Shown here piece by piece: positions 36,722-46,510 of a DNA stretch of 64,000 bases. The stretch is from a candidate division WWE3 bacterium UBA1401. GTDB lineage: Bacteria; Patescibacteriota; WWE3; UBA101185; UBA10185. The position numbers were made by a program, and so were the translations under genes. The notes under the pieces are model-generated. The model ran no database searches. It was given only the letters and a program-made list of their open reading frames with translations, and was not told the origin of the DNA. Positions within the stretch are counted from its first letter, which is position 1. Every line of letters starts with the position of its first letter. Location of the stretch: the NCBI GenBank assembly GCA_002305115.1, contig DBQF01000003.1, forward strand, positions 65,338 to 129,337. Reading direction: 5' to 3'.

Positions 36722-37399
36722 ATGCTTGAACTCACTAATATCTCAAAAACATACGTTAATGGAAGCATAGTAACAACGGCATTGGACAATGTCTCTTTTA
36801 AAATACACCAGGGTGAGTTTGTTTCAATAGTAGGCCCTTCCGGATCAGGTAAATCTACACTAATGCACATATTAGGTGCGCTAGACATACCAACCTCAGG
36901 CAGTTATAGCATTAACGGAACAAACACAGAAAAGATGAAAGATGATCAACTGGCGGAAATTCGCAATAAAGAAATCGGCTTTATTTTCCAAGCATATAAT
37001 CTGCTACCAAGAACTTCGGCACTTAAAAACGTTATGCTGCCAATGGCTTATGCGGGGGTATCAAAAACAAAAAGAGAGCAAAGAGCTAAGGAGTTGCTAG
37101 AAGCTGTTGGGCTAGGAGATAAACTCACAAATACCCCAAATCAACTCTCAGGCGGCCAGAAACAAAGGGTTGCTATTGCCAGAGCGCTTGCCATGAACCC
37201 AACGCTATTGCTGGCAGATGAACCTACAGGTAACTTACCAACAAATCAAAGCGTTGAAATAATGGATATTTTCCAACAATTAAATAATGAGGGCCACACT
37301 GTAGTTGTTATCACACACGAAGAAGCAATCGCAGCAAGAACAAAGAGAATGATCACACTAGTTGACGGTAAGATTATTTCGGATGAGGATTTAATATGA
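36722..37399 (+). CDS. ABC transporter ATP-binding protein (MacB/LolD-type)
   Basis: It has Walker [10 protein letters not shown], the signature LSGGQKQR and Walker B LLLADEPT. Confidence 0.93.
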   Translation: MLELTNISKTYVNGSIVTTALDNVSFKIHQGEFVSIVGPSGSGKSTLMHILGALDIPTSGSYSINGTNTEKMKDDQLAEIRNKEIGFIFQAYNLLPRTSALKNVMLPMAYAGVSKTKREQRAKELLEAVGLGDKLTNTPNQLSGGQKQRVAIARALAMNPTLLLADEPTGNLPTNQSVEIMDIFQQLNNEGHTVVVITHEEAIAARTKRMITLVDGKIISDEDLI

Positions 37400-38619
37400 A
37401 ATTACAAGAGTTGGTTGGAGAAAGCTTAACAGTCTTGAAGGTAAATAAAATGCGCACCGGTTTGTCTATTTTAGGCATAATTATCGGTATTGGATCAGTT
37501 ATTGCACTTATGACTCTGGGCGAAGCCAGTCAACAAAGCGTAAAGCAAAGAATTGAAGCCTTGGGCTCCAACTTACTAGTTATAAGGCCTGGCTCCAGCA
37601 GTTCAGGCTTTTTACGAGGAGGCGGGGGAGATGTAAGTACACTTAAACTTGCCGACGCACAGGCCATTGCGGATTCCAACAGAATTAACACCGTGGAAAA
37701 CGTTGCGGCCGAATATACTTCAGCAGTTCAGGCTGCCTATGGCAAAAACAATACTAGGGTAACAGTAGCCGGTGTAACACCTAACTATTTTTCCATCAGA
37801 AACATAGAACTCACACTAGGTAGATCTATCAGCCAATCAGATATAGACCTGTTAACTAAAGTGGCAGTTATAAGCCCCACAACAGCGGAAGAGTTATTCG
37901 GACAAACAACAAGATATCTTGGCCAAACTATCAAACTAGACGGCAATACCTTCACTATTGTAGGTGTAACAGAAGCAACTGGTTCAACAGGGAGGTCTAG
38001 TGGCAGTGAAACAGTTTACGTACCACTTAGCACAGCACAACGCATTTTGTTTGGAGTATCACACATAAGTTCTATATATGTGCAGGCAAGAAATGAAGAT
38101 GTAATGGCAGCAGCACATAACCAAATAGGCTATTTACTATTGGAAAGGCACAAACTAAAGACACCGGCAGATGCAGATTTCTCCATAACCTCACAGGCAG
38201 ATCTTTTGGAGACTGTAACAGAAGTAACAGAAACATTTACTATGCTCCTAACCGGCATAGCAGCAATTTCCCTAATTGTTGGGGGTATTGGCATTATGAA
38301 CATCATGCTTATTACTGTCACAGAACGTACACGCGAAATTGGCATCAGGAAAGCCTTAGGAGCTAAGAAAAAAACCATTATTTTGCAATTTTTAATAGAG
38401 TCTATAATTCTAACCGTTATGGGAGGCATCATGGGCGTAGGGCTAGGATTAGGGGTGTCTGTCTTGCTAACTCACTTAATGAGTCTGCCAACAATCATCG
38501 CCTACAACTCCATTATGTTAGCTGTAGTTGTAGCATGCTGTATCGGGCTGGTTTTTGGCTGGTACCCGGCACAAAAAGCTGCAAAACTCCAGCCAATCGA
38601 GGCATTAAGATACGAATAA
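37396..38619 (+). CDS. ABC transporter permease (MacB_PCD + FtsX)
   Basis: It has 4 TM segments, a large periplasmic domain and REIGIRKALGA. Confidence 0.88.
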   Translation: MKLQELVGESLTVLKVNKMRTGLSILGIIIGIGSVIALMTLGEASQQSVKQRIEALGSNLLVIRPGSSSSGFLRGGGGDVSTLKLADAQAIADSNRINTVENVAAEYTSAVQAAYGKNNTRVTVAGVTPNYFSIRNIELTLGRSISQSDIDLLTKVAVISPTTAEELFGQTTRYLGQTIKLDGNTFTIVGVTEATGSTGRSSGSETVYVPLSTAQRILFGVSHISSIYVQARNEDVMAAAHNQIGYLLLERHKLKTPADADFSITSQADLLETVTEVTETFTMLLTGIAAISLIVGGIGIMNIMLITVTERTREIGIRKALGAKKKTIILQFLIESIILTVMGGIMGVGLGLGVSVLLTHLMSLPTIIAYNSIMLAVVVACCIGLVFGWYPAQKAAKLQPIEALRYE

Positions 38620-38620
38620 G

Positions 38621-40102
38621 CTATTTTAGTTTCTCTACTACATACACACTTGAAACCGTATCGCCTTTAGCATTTTTAAATCTCTGTAAAAGCTCTTTAT
38701 CCTCTATATAAGAAAACCTGGTATCATTAACAAAATTGTACGGATGCTTCACTGCAATAACGAATGCATGCTCAGAAAGTTCCGGCTCTAGCCCTACATA
38801 ATAATTGGCAATACTTGTAACTTCGTTAGTGTGATAGCCGAACGCTGTACCCTCAGGGATACTGTAGTTACGCACAAGCTCACCAACTTCCCGCCATCGT
38901 CTGTTTATGGGAAACCCTAAGATATTGTTTTTTAGGTTTTCGTGAGAATACTTTACTGTTTCATATCTTTCCAGACCAAACAGCTTTTCTCTTTCCCATG
39001 GATATTCCCGGGAAACATCTACAAACAACACATAAGACTGATACCATAAAACCCCAATTCCCGTAACGAGAAATGCCGTGAGCACAGCAGAAACAACTTT
39101 TGGTAGCTTGGCAAGAACTTGCGCTAACACTAAGGCAACAACTACAGCAAAAGGCAGCAGCACATTGTATAAATGTGTACCAGACCGCTTTACAAAAAAT
39201 AGAAATACTCCAAGCGTACCAACATACCAAAGAAAGTACACTAGGCGCTTCCTTATCACTAGAACTGATAGAACAGTAAAAACCATAAAAGTCGCAGTAA
39301 AGAAAAACGGATTATGTAATTCCGAATAAAAACGATAATACTCAACGCGCTCAAACGGCTGCAAATTAGTAAAACCCACGCGGGAAGAAATATAAGCCAC
39401 AAAATCCGGCCGATTTACTAAGTTTGCCACAAAGGGCATTATAAAAGGCAGTAACACAACAAGAGCTAACCCAAAAATAAGTACAAGGCGCTTAATACTT
39501 GTACCTTTAACAAGATAAAAGCCCACTAGCGGCAGAAATAACAAAGCGTCCCAATGAGCCAAGAAAGAAAAACAATAAGCCAAAGTGCCAAATAAAGCAA
39601 ACTTTAGCACTTTTTTGCGGGCATACAATTCCAAAAAGAACAGTGCACTAATTGTAAAAAGTAGGTTTAGGCTTTGATACTGCACGATTCGGCCAAAAGC
39701 TACTATAAAGCCATTAACCCCAAAAAGAGCCGCACCTAACAGGCTGGCCAACTTATTGCCGGAAACATTTACTAAGTAAAAGTACAGCATAACTACAGCC
39801 ATAACATTAAAAATCGCAAAAGGAATTCTAAAAGGCAGTTCGTAGTATGGATCAGAAATAAATGGGCTTACAGCGGCAGCTAACCAAAACTGCAAAGGCC
39901 CTTTATTTTGTGCCAGTACAAACTCTTTGGCAAATACGTTAACCTTATCTCTAATAGGGGACATAACGGTGGTTTCATCAATAATAAAATTAGAGTGGCC
40001 TAGGTTGCCAAAGCGTAGATAGCTAACACTCAGTAAAGAAACTATAACTAAACTATAAAAAAGAAAGGACTTTGCAGACATACAAAAATTATATACGAAC
40101 AA
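38621..40102 (-). CDS. GT-C fold glycosyltransferase (PMT_2/ArnT-like). It is a paralogue of 23511..24917.
   Basis: It carries FIIDETTVMSP...AQNKGPLQFW after TM1. Confidence 0.7.
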   Translation of the reverse strand: MFVYNFCMSAKSFLFYSLVIVSLLSVSYLRFGNLGHSNFIIDETTVMSPIRDKVNVFAKEFVLAQNKGPLQFWLAAAVSPFISDPYYELPFRIPFAIFNVMAVVMLYFYLVNVSGNKLASLLGAALFGVNGFIVAFGRIVQYQSLNLLFTISALFFLELYARKKVLKFALFGTLAYCFSFLAHWDALLFLPLVGFYLVKGTSIKRLVLIFGLALVVLLPFIMPFVANLVNRPDFVAYISSRVGFTNLQPFERVEYYRFYSELHNPFFFTATFMVFTVLSVLVIRKRLVYFLWYVGTLGVFLFFVKRSGTHLYNVLLPFAVVVALVLAQVLAKLPKVVSAVLTAFLVTGIGVLWYQSYVLFVDVSREYPWEREKLFGLERYETVKYSHENLKNNILGFPINRRWREVGELVRNYSIPEGTAFGYHTNEVTSIANYYVGLEPELSEHAFVIAVKHPYNFVNDTRFSYIEDKELLQRFKNAKGDTVSSVYVVEKLK

Positions 40103-40142
40103 AGTGCGGGAGGCACTGACAGAATCAATACCTCCCTAATAG

Positions 40143-41099
40143 CTACTTGTTAAGCCGGAGTAGGTTTGCTCGCACAACCTCACCAACCGAAGTGGGGTTT
40201 CCGTGCCAATCCTCAACAAGAGAAGGGAAACCAGGACCATCTGGGTAATATGCCCAGCTAATCCAAGGAATACTGTGCTTCTCCGCGAAATCGATAACTT
40301 TCTGATAGAACTCTGGGTGATAGGCGACTTCATCTACATAACCAAATTCGGTGATAATAACAGGCTTACCTTGATCTAGTAGATGCCCAAAAGCTTCTTG
40401 CCATTCATGTTCTTCATCTCTGTGATCAGAATTGCCATAGATGTGCACTCCATATATCAAATTGGAACCTTCAAGACTAGGTAAATTCCTGTGATCAAAA
40501 CTCCAATCTAGACCACTTATAACAATATAGTTTTTCGCACCGGTTTCACGAATGGTATCTACTAAATCTTGCATGCCAACCGCTACAAAATCTGATACTT
40601 CTACAGGGCCACCATACGCCCATACTTCTGGCGAGACGTTGTGAGGCTCATTGTAGAGTTCAAACCAAATGTTCATATTGTTACCATAGGTCTGGGCAAT
40701 TTCCCGCCAAAATTCCAAAGACCTTTTGTCTGGCATTTCGTGCTGCCTAACGTCATCTGCCGGGCCGATTGGGTCACCTCCCTCAGACCAGTGTAAGTCT
40801 AGGACTACAGCCATGCCAAATTCCTGGCACCAGCCAACTACCGCTTCTACAGTTCTACGGTAATGAGTATTGTCAAGCCAGTATCGTTGATTCAGAGGTA
40901 GTCTTACAATGTTCACGCCCCAACTACGCATTATTCTAAAGCTGTTTTTATTGATTTCTTCAAAGCCCCATTCCGGACGCCACCATTCCATCGAAGGGCG
41001 TGATACGCCTCGAAAGCCGTAGATGTCTTGTTGCTTAAGTGCAGATTTGCAACTAACCAAAAGTACTAGAACACAAGCTGCAGCTAGTAGCTTTTTCAC
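40143..41099 (-). CDS. GH5 glycoside hydrolase (endoglucanase/mannanase-type) lipoprotein
   Basis: It has the lipobox LLVSC, FELYNEPH (acid/base Glu), VIITEFG (nucleophile Glu) and DLHW. Confidence 0.85.
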   Translation of the reverse strand: MKKLLAAACVLVLLVSCKSALKQQDIYGFRGVSRPSMEWWRPEWGFEEINKNSFRIMRSWGVNIVRLPLNQRYWLDNTHYRRTVEAVVGWCQEFGMAVVLDLHWSEGGDPIGPADDVRQHEMPDKRSLEFWREIAQTYGNNMNIWFELYNEPHNVSPEVWAYGGPVEVSDFVAVGMQDLVDTIRETGAKNYIVISGLDWSFDHRNLPSLEGSNLIYGVHIYGNSDHRDEEHEWQEAFGHLLDQGKPVIITEFGYVDEVAYHPEFYQKVIDFAEKHSIPWISWAYYPDGPGFPSLVEDWHGNPTSVGEVVRANLLRLNK

Positions 41100-41278
41100 A
41101 GCTCCCCTTTCTTAGGGTACACAGGTTATCAAGGTACAAGATATATTGGAATTTTAGGGTTTTTGTGTTTTAGGGGGGTTGGAAAGGGGTAAGAAAATTT
41201 TATGAGCAGAAAAAGTTGTGGGGATGCTCCGTGCGGTACTGTATCGATAGTACGATAGGCACGTTCACCCCCAAACGA

Positions 41279-41440
41279 TCAGAGTGAACAGAGTTCTTTG
41301 ACCAACTCCAAAACCATCCACCCCATGGAAACAGCACTAAGACCTCCATAAATGGACATTAGTACAATTTCCAGAGGCGTCAGCTCCTGGGGGGTATAAT
41401 GCCAACCCTCCGCAGGCACATCATCAGTAGTTGCAGCCAT
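41279..41440 (-). CDS. Possible 53-aa single-TM peptide
   Basis: It has a strong SD, ggaaaggagatcc-ATG. The sequence is MAATTDDVPAEGWHYTPQELTPLEIVLMSIYGGLSAVSMGWMVLELVKELCSL. Confidence 0.4.
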   Translation of the reverse strand: MAATTDDVPAEGWHYTPQELTPLEIVLMSIYGGLSAVSMGWMVLELVKELCSL

Positions 41441-41562
41441 GGATCTCCTTTCCTATCTTCCTAGAAGTACGCCTCTATCCAATGCAATGTACATTGTAGC
41501 ATCTATGCTATGACAAGAAAACAGGGGAGATGAACCAGGCGGCAGCCCACCTCCCCACTAAT

Positions 41563-41895
41563 CTATACGTGAAGTTTATACAGCCTAGATTCTTTGTCCT
41601 GCCATTCGAACAGCATAAAGCCGTCTCCTGACACAACAGGCTGCAAGGCGCTCTTGTGACAAATGCGTTTCATATGCCCAGACTGAAGTAAAACAAAGTC
41701 ACCACGATAGTCATGGATGACTGTGAATAGGGTATTCTCGTCGTTAAAACGCACTTTGTCTCCTACCCAAGGCTCTCTAACCTGCTCCTTCGATAACGGG
41801 ATCCTCATAAAAGGACTGTGGGAGCTAAACAACCCTCTAAGAGGATAAACCTCCATACCAAGCAAAGTCATCGCTCGTCTCCTTTCAATGCACAA
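41563..41895 (-). CDS. Hypothetical protein
   Basis: Complete ORF. The start could instead be ATG 41871. Confidence 0.4.
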   Translation of the reverse strand: MCIERRRAMTLLGMEVYPLRGLFSSHSPFMRIPLSKEQVREPWVGDKVRFNDENTLFTVIHDYRGDFVLLQSGHMKRICHKSALQPVVSGDGFMLFEWQDKESRLYKLHV

Positions 41896-42124
41896 AGCCG
41901 AACCAATGCCCCAAACACGAATCCAAACGAAGCTTTATGTTAAAAGTTGTGCCTGATTTGGGCGCAACTTTGACAGTGTAAATTCTCAAAGAACTTACTA
42001 AATCTGATTCTAGCATTTTGAAATTAAAAAGTTTAATATCATAATCTTTTCCGCACCACAGAAACCTTTCGCATCCCAAGCATACAATTTATTACAACTT
42101 TCTTACACACGTATTAACATTATT

Positions 42125-42589
42125 ATGTATAATTTGAATTTGTCATTGGAATCCGATACATACAAAGGAGGGAGCAAGGTGACAGCATTCAATATAGTCT
42201 TTAATGAATTAACAGCTCAGGGTAAGGTACAGCTACCGCTACGTAGAGGAGACAATATTACAACGCTCTGGACATACCCAAGTAATGGAGTAGTCCTGCG
42301 AGGCAACATAGTAGATCGGATCGAACTACCACTATTTGGCTGGGTAACAGCACGGGGTATATATAACATAGCTGCTCCTTATGCAGATGGCTATATATGG
42401 TTCAAGCATTACTATAGCCATAAACCCCTCTGCGAATACGTGAATTTTTGTGGCAGGATAGCCAAAGTAACCATAGACGAAGGATTTCACGTAAACATAA
42501 TGGACCCAGATGCTATTACAGCGGAGATTGCCGAGCTAAAGAAACAAATAGCTGCTATAGACCAGCAGCTTCTAAAGTACTGTAACTAG
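42125..42589 (+). CDS. Hypothetical protein
   Basis: Complete ORF. An SD (aaaggaggg) precedes an internal GTG at 42179, so the true start may be there. Confidence 0.45.
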   Translation: MYNLNLSLESDTYKGGSKVTAFNIVFNELTAQGKVQLPLRRGDNITTLWTYPSNGVVLRGNIVDRIELPLFGWVTARGIYNIAAPYADGYIWFKHYYSHKPLCEYVNFCGRIAKVTIDEGFHVNIMDPDAITAEIAELKKQIAAIDQQLLKYCN

Positions 42590-42697
42590 TGAGTGAGGGG
42601 GGACCGATTGACTTACAAGCCCGTCGGCCTCCCACCCGTCCCTGCCAGACCATGCCACTTGCCCGCCAAAGCCTTCCTATGCTACGCTTAACACAAC

Positions 42698-43537
42698 ATG
42701 CGAAAGACCGCCAAAAACCTATTCACCAAAAACGGCAGGGTACTCAAAAAACAACAAGACATTGAAGCCATTACCACACTTGGCTTTCAAACAACTCAGA
42801 AAGTAGAATCCATAACTACAATAGAATATGCAACTCCTGATAAATCAGCTAGCAAAAAACCAAAATTCAACTTCATAAACTACATAAATCCCGCCCAGTT
42901 TTTTCAAACAGCTAAAAATGAATTTGCCACACTTAAAAAATCCAGGGTGTCTCTACTACCATCACTCTGGCTTACCTCTAACTTAGGCCTAACAGCATTA
43001 ATCTTATTTCTGCTGTTTTCAGGATTCTCATCAAAACGAGTTACAGTCAGTAACAGATACTCAATCTTCTCTTCAAAGCCACTGAAAGTGCACTCTATGG
43101 TGGCAAGACTATTTGGGGATAAATCAGAAGGCGTACTCATTGATAAAGTTTTCGAGAGCTACAACTGTCCGCTAACAGGGACGGGTGAAACTATTGCCAG
43201 AGAAGCCAAGAAAAACAATATTCCATATTGGATAGTAGCAGCTATTTCATTCCAGGAATCAAACTGCGGTAAAAAGACACCAAGGGTAGATGGTGAAGAG
43301 AGCTACAATGCCTGGGGCTGGGGTGTTTGGGGAACTAACGTTAAAACTTTCGATAGTTGGGAAGACGGTATTGCCGCTGTATCAAGATATCTGAGCACTA
43401 GATTTTATTCACAAGGAATTACAGATCCCTGTGACATAATGAAAATTTACACACCTCCATCAGACGGCTCCTGGTGTGAAGGGGTAAAATATTTCGGAAA
43501 TATCATCCAAAACTATCAATCTCCTGATAATTACTAG
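42698..43537 (+). CDS. Membrane-anchored lysozyme-like peptidoglycan hydrolase (glucosaminidase/GH73-like)
   Basis: AAISFQESNCGKK...YNAWGWG matches the pattern of the glucosaminidase catalytic region. It is a paralogue of the next gene. Confidence 0.5.
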   Translation: MRKTAKNLFTKNGRVLKKQQDIEAITTLGFQTTQKVESITTIEYATPDKSASKKPKFNFINYINPAQFFQTAKNEFATLKKSRVSLLPSLWLTSNLGLTALILFLLFSGFSSKRVTVSNRYSIFSSKPLKVHSMVARLFGDKSEGVLIDKVFESYNCPLTGTGETIAREAKKNNIPYWIVAAISFQESNCGKKTPRVDGEESYNAWGWGVWGTNVKTFDSWEDGIAAVSRYLSTRFYSQGITDPCDIMKIYTPPSDGSWCEGVKYFGNIIQNYQSPDNY

Positions 43538-43560
43538 AATTATTGTTATAATATCCACCC

Positions 43561-44091
43561 ATGGGAACTATATTAAGTGCCCTCATATCAACCGTTTTGC
43601 CAATAAGCTTATCACTTAGAAACCCCAGTGCATATTATGTGGCAATTCCAAAAGCCGAACCAATGGAGGAACAGAGTGCTATTTCATTCAAACAAGTAAA
43701 TAGAGCAAGAGTGCTGGAACAGTTTTTTGCACAATTTGAGTCACCGCTGCAATCGAATGCCCAAACTTTTGTGGGAGTTGCGGATAAATATGGGCTAGAC
43801 TATAGAATTTTACCCGCAATTTCATGCATTGAATCAACGTGTGGCAAATACATTGTTCCAGGGTCATATAACCCATTTGGTTGGGGCATTTATGGTGGAA
43901 AGGTGACAACTTTTGAAAGTTTTGACCAAGCTATTGAAAGGGTTGGAAGGGGCATTAGCGAGAATTATGTTGCTAGAGGATATGATACGTTACAAGAAAT
44001 GGCGCCAATTTATACGCCGTCAAATCACGTGAAGTGGCTAGCGAGCGTGACTTTTTTCATGAATGAGATGGATGAGATAGCTTTGTACTAA
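43561..44091 (+). CDS. Lysozyme-like peptidoglycan hydrolase (glucosaminidase/GH73-like)
   Basis: It contains PAISCIESTCGKY...YNPFGWG and shares IYTP with the upstream gene. Confidence 0.5.
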   Translation: MGTILSALISTVLPISLSLRNPSAYYVAIPKAEPMEEQSAISFKQVNRARVLEQFFAQFESPLQSNAQTFVGVADKYGLDYRILPAISCIESTCGKYIVPGSYNPFGWGIYGGKVTTFESFDQAIERVGRGISENYVARGYDTLQEMAPIYTPSNHVKWLASVTFFMNEMDEIALY

Positions 44092-44165
44092 ACAATACGC
44101 CCCCCTAAGCCAAAATTTGATATACTACAGGGCAGATGACTTCTGAGTAACAAAGGAGGCGAGAC

Positions 44166-44681
44166 ATGAGTGGTGCAACAAGCGTTGCAAAACCCTCTTC
44201 GGTCAGTGGAGTACTAGTGAAAGCTATGGTGTGTATAATAATCCTGTTTCTGTTAGCGGCTATGTGCAGTACCGCAGTGACCGTGCCAGACACAGCAGGA
44301 CCGGGTGATAGTGGGAAGTCACAATTCCCGCGCAACTACTGTGGACAGGATACCCAGAAATACTATGCCCTCAGACTTCTAGACGAGACATTAGCTAATC
44401 TCGAACAAGCAGGTGTGATAGAACTGTTTGGAAGCAGTACAATCCTGGATGGCTGGGACAATGGGGGCTATGCCTCTCAAACAAGACAGATTGTTGAGGA
44501 GTGGCACAATAGAAACTGTTGGGATATCCAAGGGACTTCACCATTCGACGAGTACAAAAGATTGAGGGAAGTACATAACAGCAACTCCGTAAGAAAGGAA
44601 TGGCTGAAACAGTTCAGTGCGGACATGAGCATTGAGGACGCCTACCAGATATGCCAGAGAGTCGTCCAAAATTGGTTCTGA
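44166..44681 (+). CDS. Membrane-anchored hypothetical protein
   Basis: It has the SD aaaggagg, one TM and its own terminator. Confidence 0.5.
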   Translation: MSGATSVAKPSSVSGVLVKAMVCIIILFLLAAMCSTAVTVPDTAGPGDSGKSQFPRNYCGQDTQKYYALRLLDETLANLEQAGVIELFGSSTILDGWDNGGYASQTRQIVEEWHNRNCWDIQGTSPFDEYKRLREVHNSNSVRKEWLKQFSADMSIEDAYQICQRVVQNWF

Positions 44682-44691
44682 GTATTCAAGG

Positions 44692-44725
44692 GGTTAGGAA
44701 AAGTCATCATTCCTAGCCTCTTTTT
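44692..44725 (+). terminator. Rho-independent terminator
   Basis: The arms ggttaggaa and ttcctagcc pair, followed by tcttttt. Confidence 0.6.
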
Positions 44726-44766
44726 CGTTTTTTCGGCAAAAAAACCTGATATACTACAGTAACTTA

Positions 44767-44851
44767 GGGCGAGTGGCGGAATTGGTATACGCGTACGGCT
44801 TAGAACCGTATTCCTTACGGATTGAGGGTTCGAGTCCCTCCTCGCCCACCA
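44767..44851 (+). tRNA. tRNA-Leu(UAG), CCA encoded
   Basis: Acceptor gggcgag/ctcgccc and anticodon loop ctTAGaa. It has a long variable arm. Confidence 0.9.
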
Positions 44852-44904
44852 AACAACACCTTGCAAACATAAGCAAATAATCCGGAACTGCTATACTAAC
44901 TATT

Positions 44905-45573
44905 ATGGAAAAACCTAGCCTTAGGAAAATACTTGTGCCCTTTCTAGCTCTGATCATATTTGTTTCAATCCTAAAATACTTGGGAACAGGAGTCACTACA
45001 GACAGAATAGAGAACCTCATTAAGCCCTTTGGCATCTATGCGCCAATAGTCTTTGTAATCTTCATGATGACAACTAACATACTCCCACCCATTCCTGTAG
45101 TACCATTCTGGATTGTGGCCATAGTATCCTTTCCAAAACCTATTGCCTGCGCAGCAATCATTATTGCTAACATTTTAGGTAATACTATGAATTTTCTGAT
45201 AGCCAGATATCTTGGGGAACCTGCAGTAAAAAGATTAGCCGGCAAAGACAGCTTAACGAAAATTCAGAAATTTGTAGGCATTTCAGATTTCAAAACCTTC
45301 GCATTAATACGATTTTTTGGCACAGCACTAACCGATTACATTTCATACGCTGCAGGCTTCTCTAGGTTATCATTAGGAAAATATGTTTTAGCTACAGTAC
45401 TTGCACTAACACCATTAACACTGCTTGCATTCGTAATAATTTCCAATGGCCTTACCGGGAATTTTGCTGAAACTGCCACAGCATTTGGCACAGTGTATGC
45501 GATCAATTATGGCGTAACACTGTTACTTCCCTACATATATATTAAAAATAAGCATAAATTCAAAAACAGTTAG
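44905..45573 (+). CDS. TVP38/TMEM64 (SNARE-associated, DedA-like) membrane protein
   Basis: It is polytopic. Its PIPVVPFW and NFLIARYLG stretches resemble this family. Confidence 0.55.
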   Translation: MEKPSLRKILVPFLALIIFVSILKYLGTGVTTDRIENLIKPFGIYAPIVFVIFMMTTNILPPIPVVPFWIVAIVSFPKPIACAAIIIANILGNTMNFLIARYLGEPAVKRLAGKDSLTKIQKFVGISDFKTFALIRFFGTALTDYISYAAGFSRLSLGKYVLATVLALTPLTLLAFVIISNGLTGNFAETATAFGTVYAINYGVTLLLPYIYIKNKHKFKNS

Positions 45574-45613
45574 TTTATCACTAAATGATTTTATGTGATA
45601 AAATGTCCCAGTT

Positions 45614-46510
45614 ATGCAAACTAAACTAAACAAATTGCCTAAGGCAACAATAGAACTTGAAGTAACAGTACCTGTTTCCGATGTTAAAAATCTCTACGAA
45701 GAGGTAATTAAAGAAAAAATAAGCACAACCGAACTTAAGGGCTTTCGTAAAGGAACAGCCCCTAGAAACCTGGTAGAAGAAAGCTTAGATACATCGGAAC
45801 TATACGGGGAAATCATCAATAAGCTGTTACAAAAATACTATCCTCAAGCAATTAAGGAAAACCATATAGAAGTTATTGCTAACCCTAAGGTTGAGGTAAA
45901 AGAATTTGCCCTAGACAAAGACTTTGTTTTCACTGCAACAGTTGCCACCAGACCGGAAGTAAAAGTAGGGGACTTTAGAAAAGGCATTAAAGAACAGTAC
46001 GAAAAACAAAAGGAAACTGCAAAAGCACAGAATGCTGAGAAGCTAAAAGCGGGAGAAAAAATAGAATCTGATCACATACACTTAAACCCAAACACAGTAG
46101 TTGAAGAAATTATTAAGGTGACTCAGGTTGAGGTACCAGATCTACTAATTGACGAAGAAGCAGACAGAATAACCTCAAGATTAGTTGATCAGGCACAGGC
46201 TGTGGGCATTTCACTAGATCAATACTTGAAGGCAAATAATAAGACTGCGGAAGATTTACGAAAAGAGCATAAAGCATTAGCAGAAAGAAATTTAATAGCA
46301 GAATTTGCTTTAAATCACTTGTTGAAACAGGAAAAAATTGAAGCCACAGAGCAAGAAATTGAAGAAACCGCAAAAGCAACAGGTGACCCGGAAGCAATAG
46401 AAAGCATTAAAGATCCGCTTCAGAAGTGGTACATAAAAAATATTTTGGAAAAGAATATGCTCATTAATAAGTTAATTGAAGAGGTTGAAGGAGAACACAC
46501 ACATGAATAA
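45614..46510 (+). CDS. tig: Trigger factor, short form without a PPIase domain
   Basis: It has the ribosome-binding signature GFRKGTAP. At 298 aa it is far shorter than the 430-aa canonical form. Confidence 0.8.
   Translation: MQTKLNKLPKATIELEVTVPVSDVKNLYEEVIKEKISTTELKGFRKGTAPRNLVEESLDTSELYGEIINKLLQKYYPQAIKENHIEVIANPKVEVKEFALDKDFVFTATVATRPEVKVGDFRKGIKEQYEKQKETAKAQNAEKLKAGEKIESDHIHLNPNTVVEEIIKVTQVEVPDLLIDEEADRITSRLVDQAQAVGISLDQYLKANNKTAEDLRKEHKALAERNLIAEFALNHLLKQEKIEATEQEIEETAKATGDPEAIESIKDPLQKWYIKNILEKNMLINKLIEEVEGEHTHE

Noticed and set aside
35763-36888. Minus-strand ORFs inside the adaptor and ABC ATPase genes (35763..36131, 36372..36632, 36376..36888)
   Set aside because: They are antisense to genes with clear Walker and HlyD features. 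Their composition is Leu/Ser/Cys-rich, typical of non-coding frames.
40143-44766. Calling the higher-GC islet a mobile element
   Set aside because: It has no recombinase and no clear att duplication of the tRNA 3' end. I report it only as a compositionally atypical accessory region.
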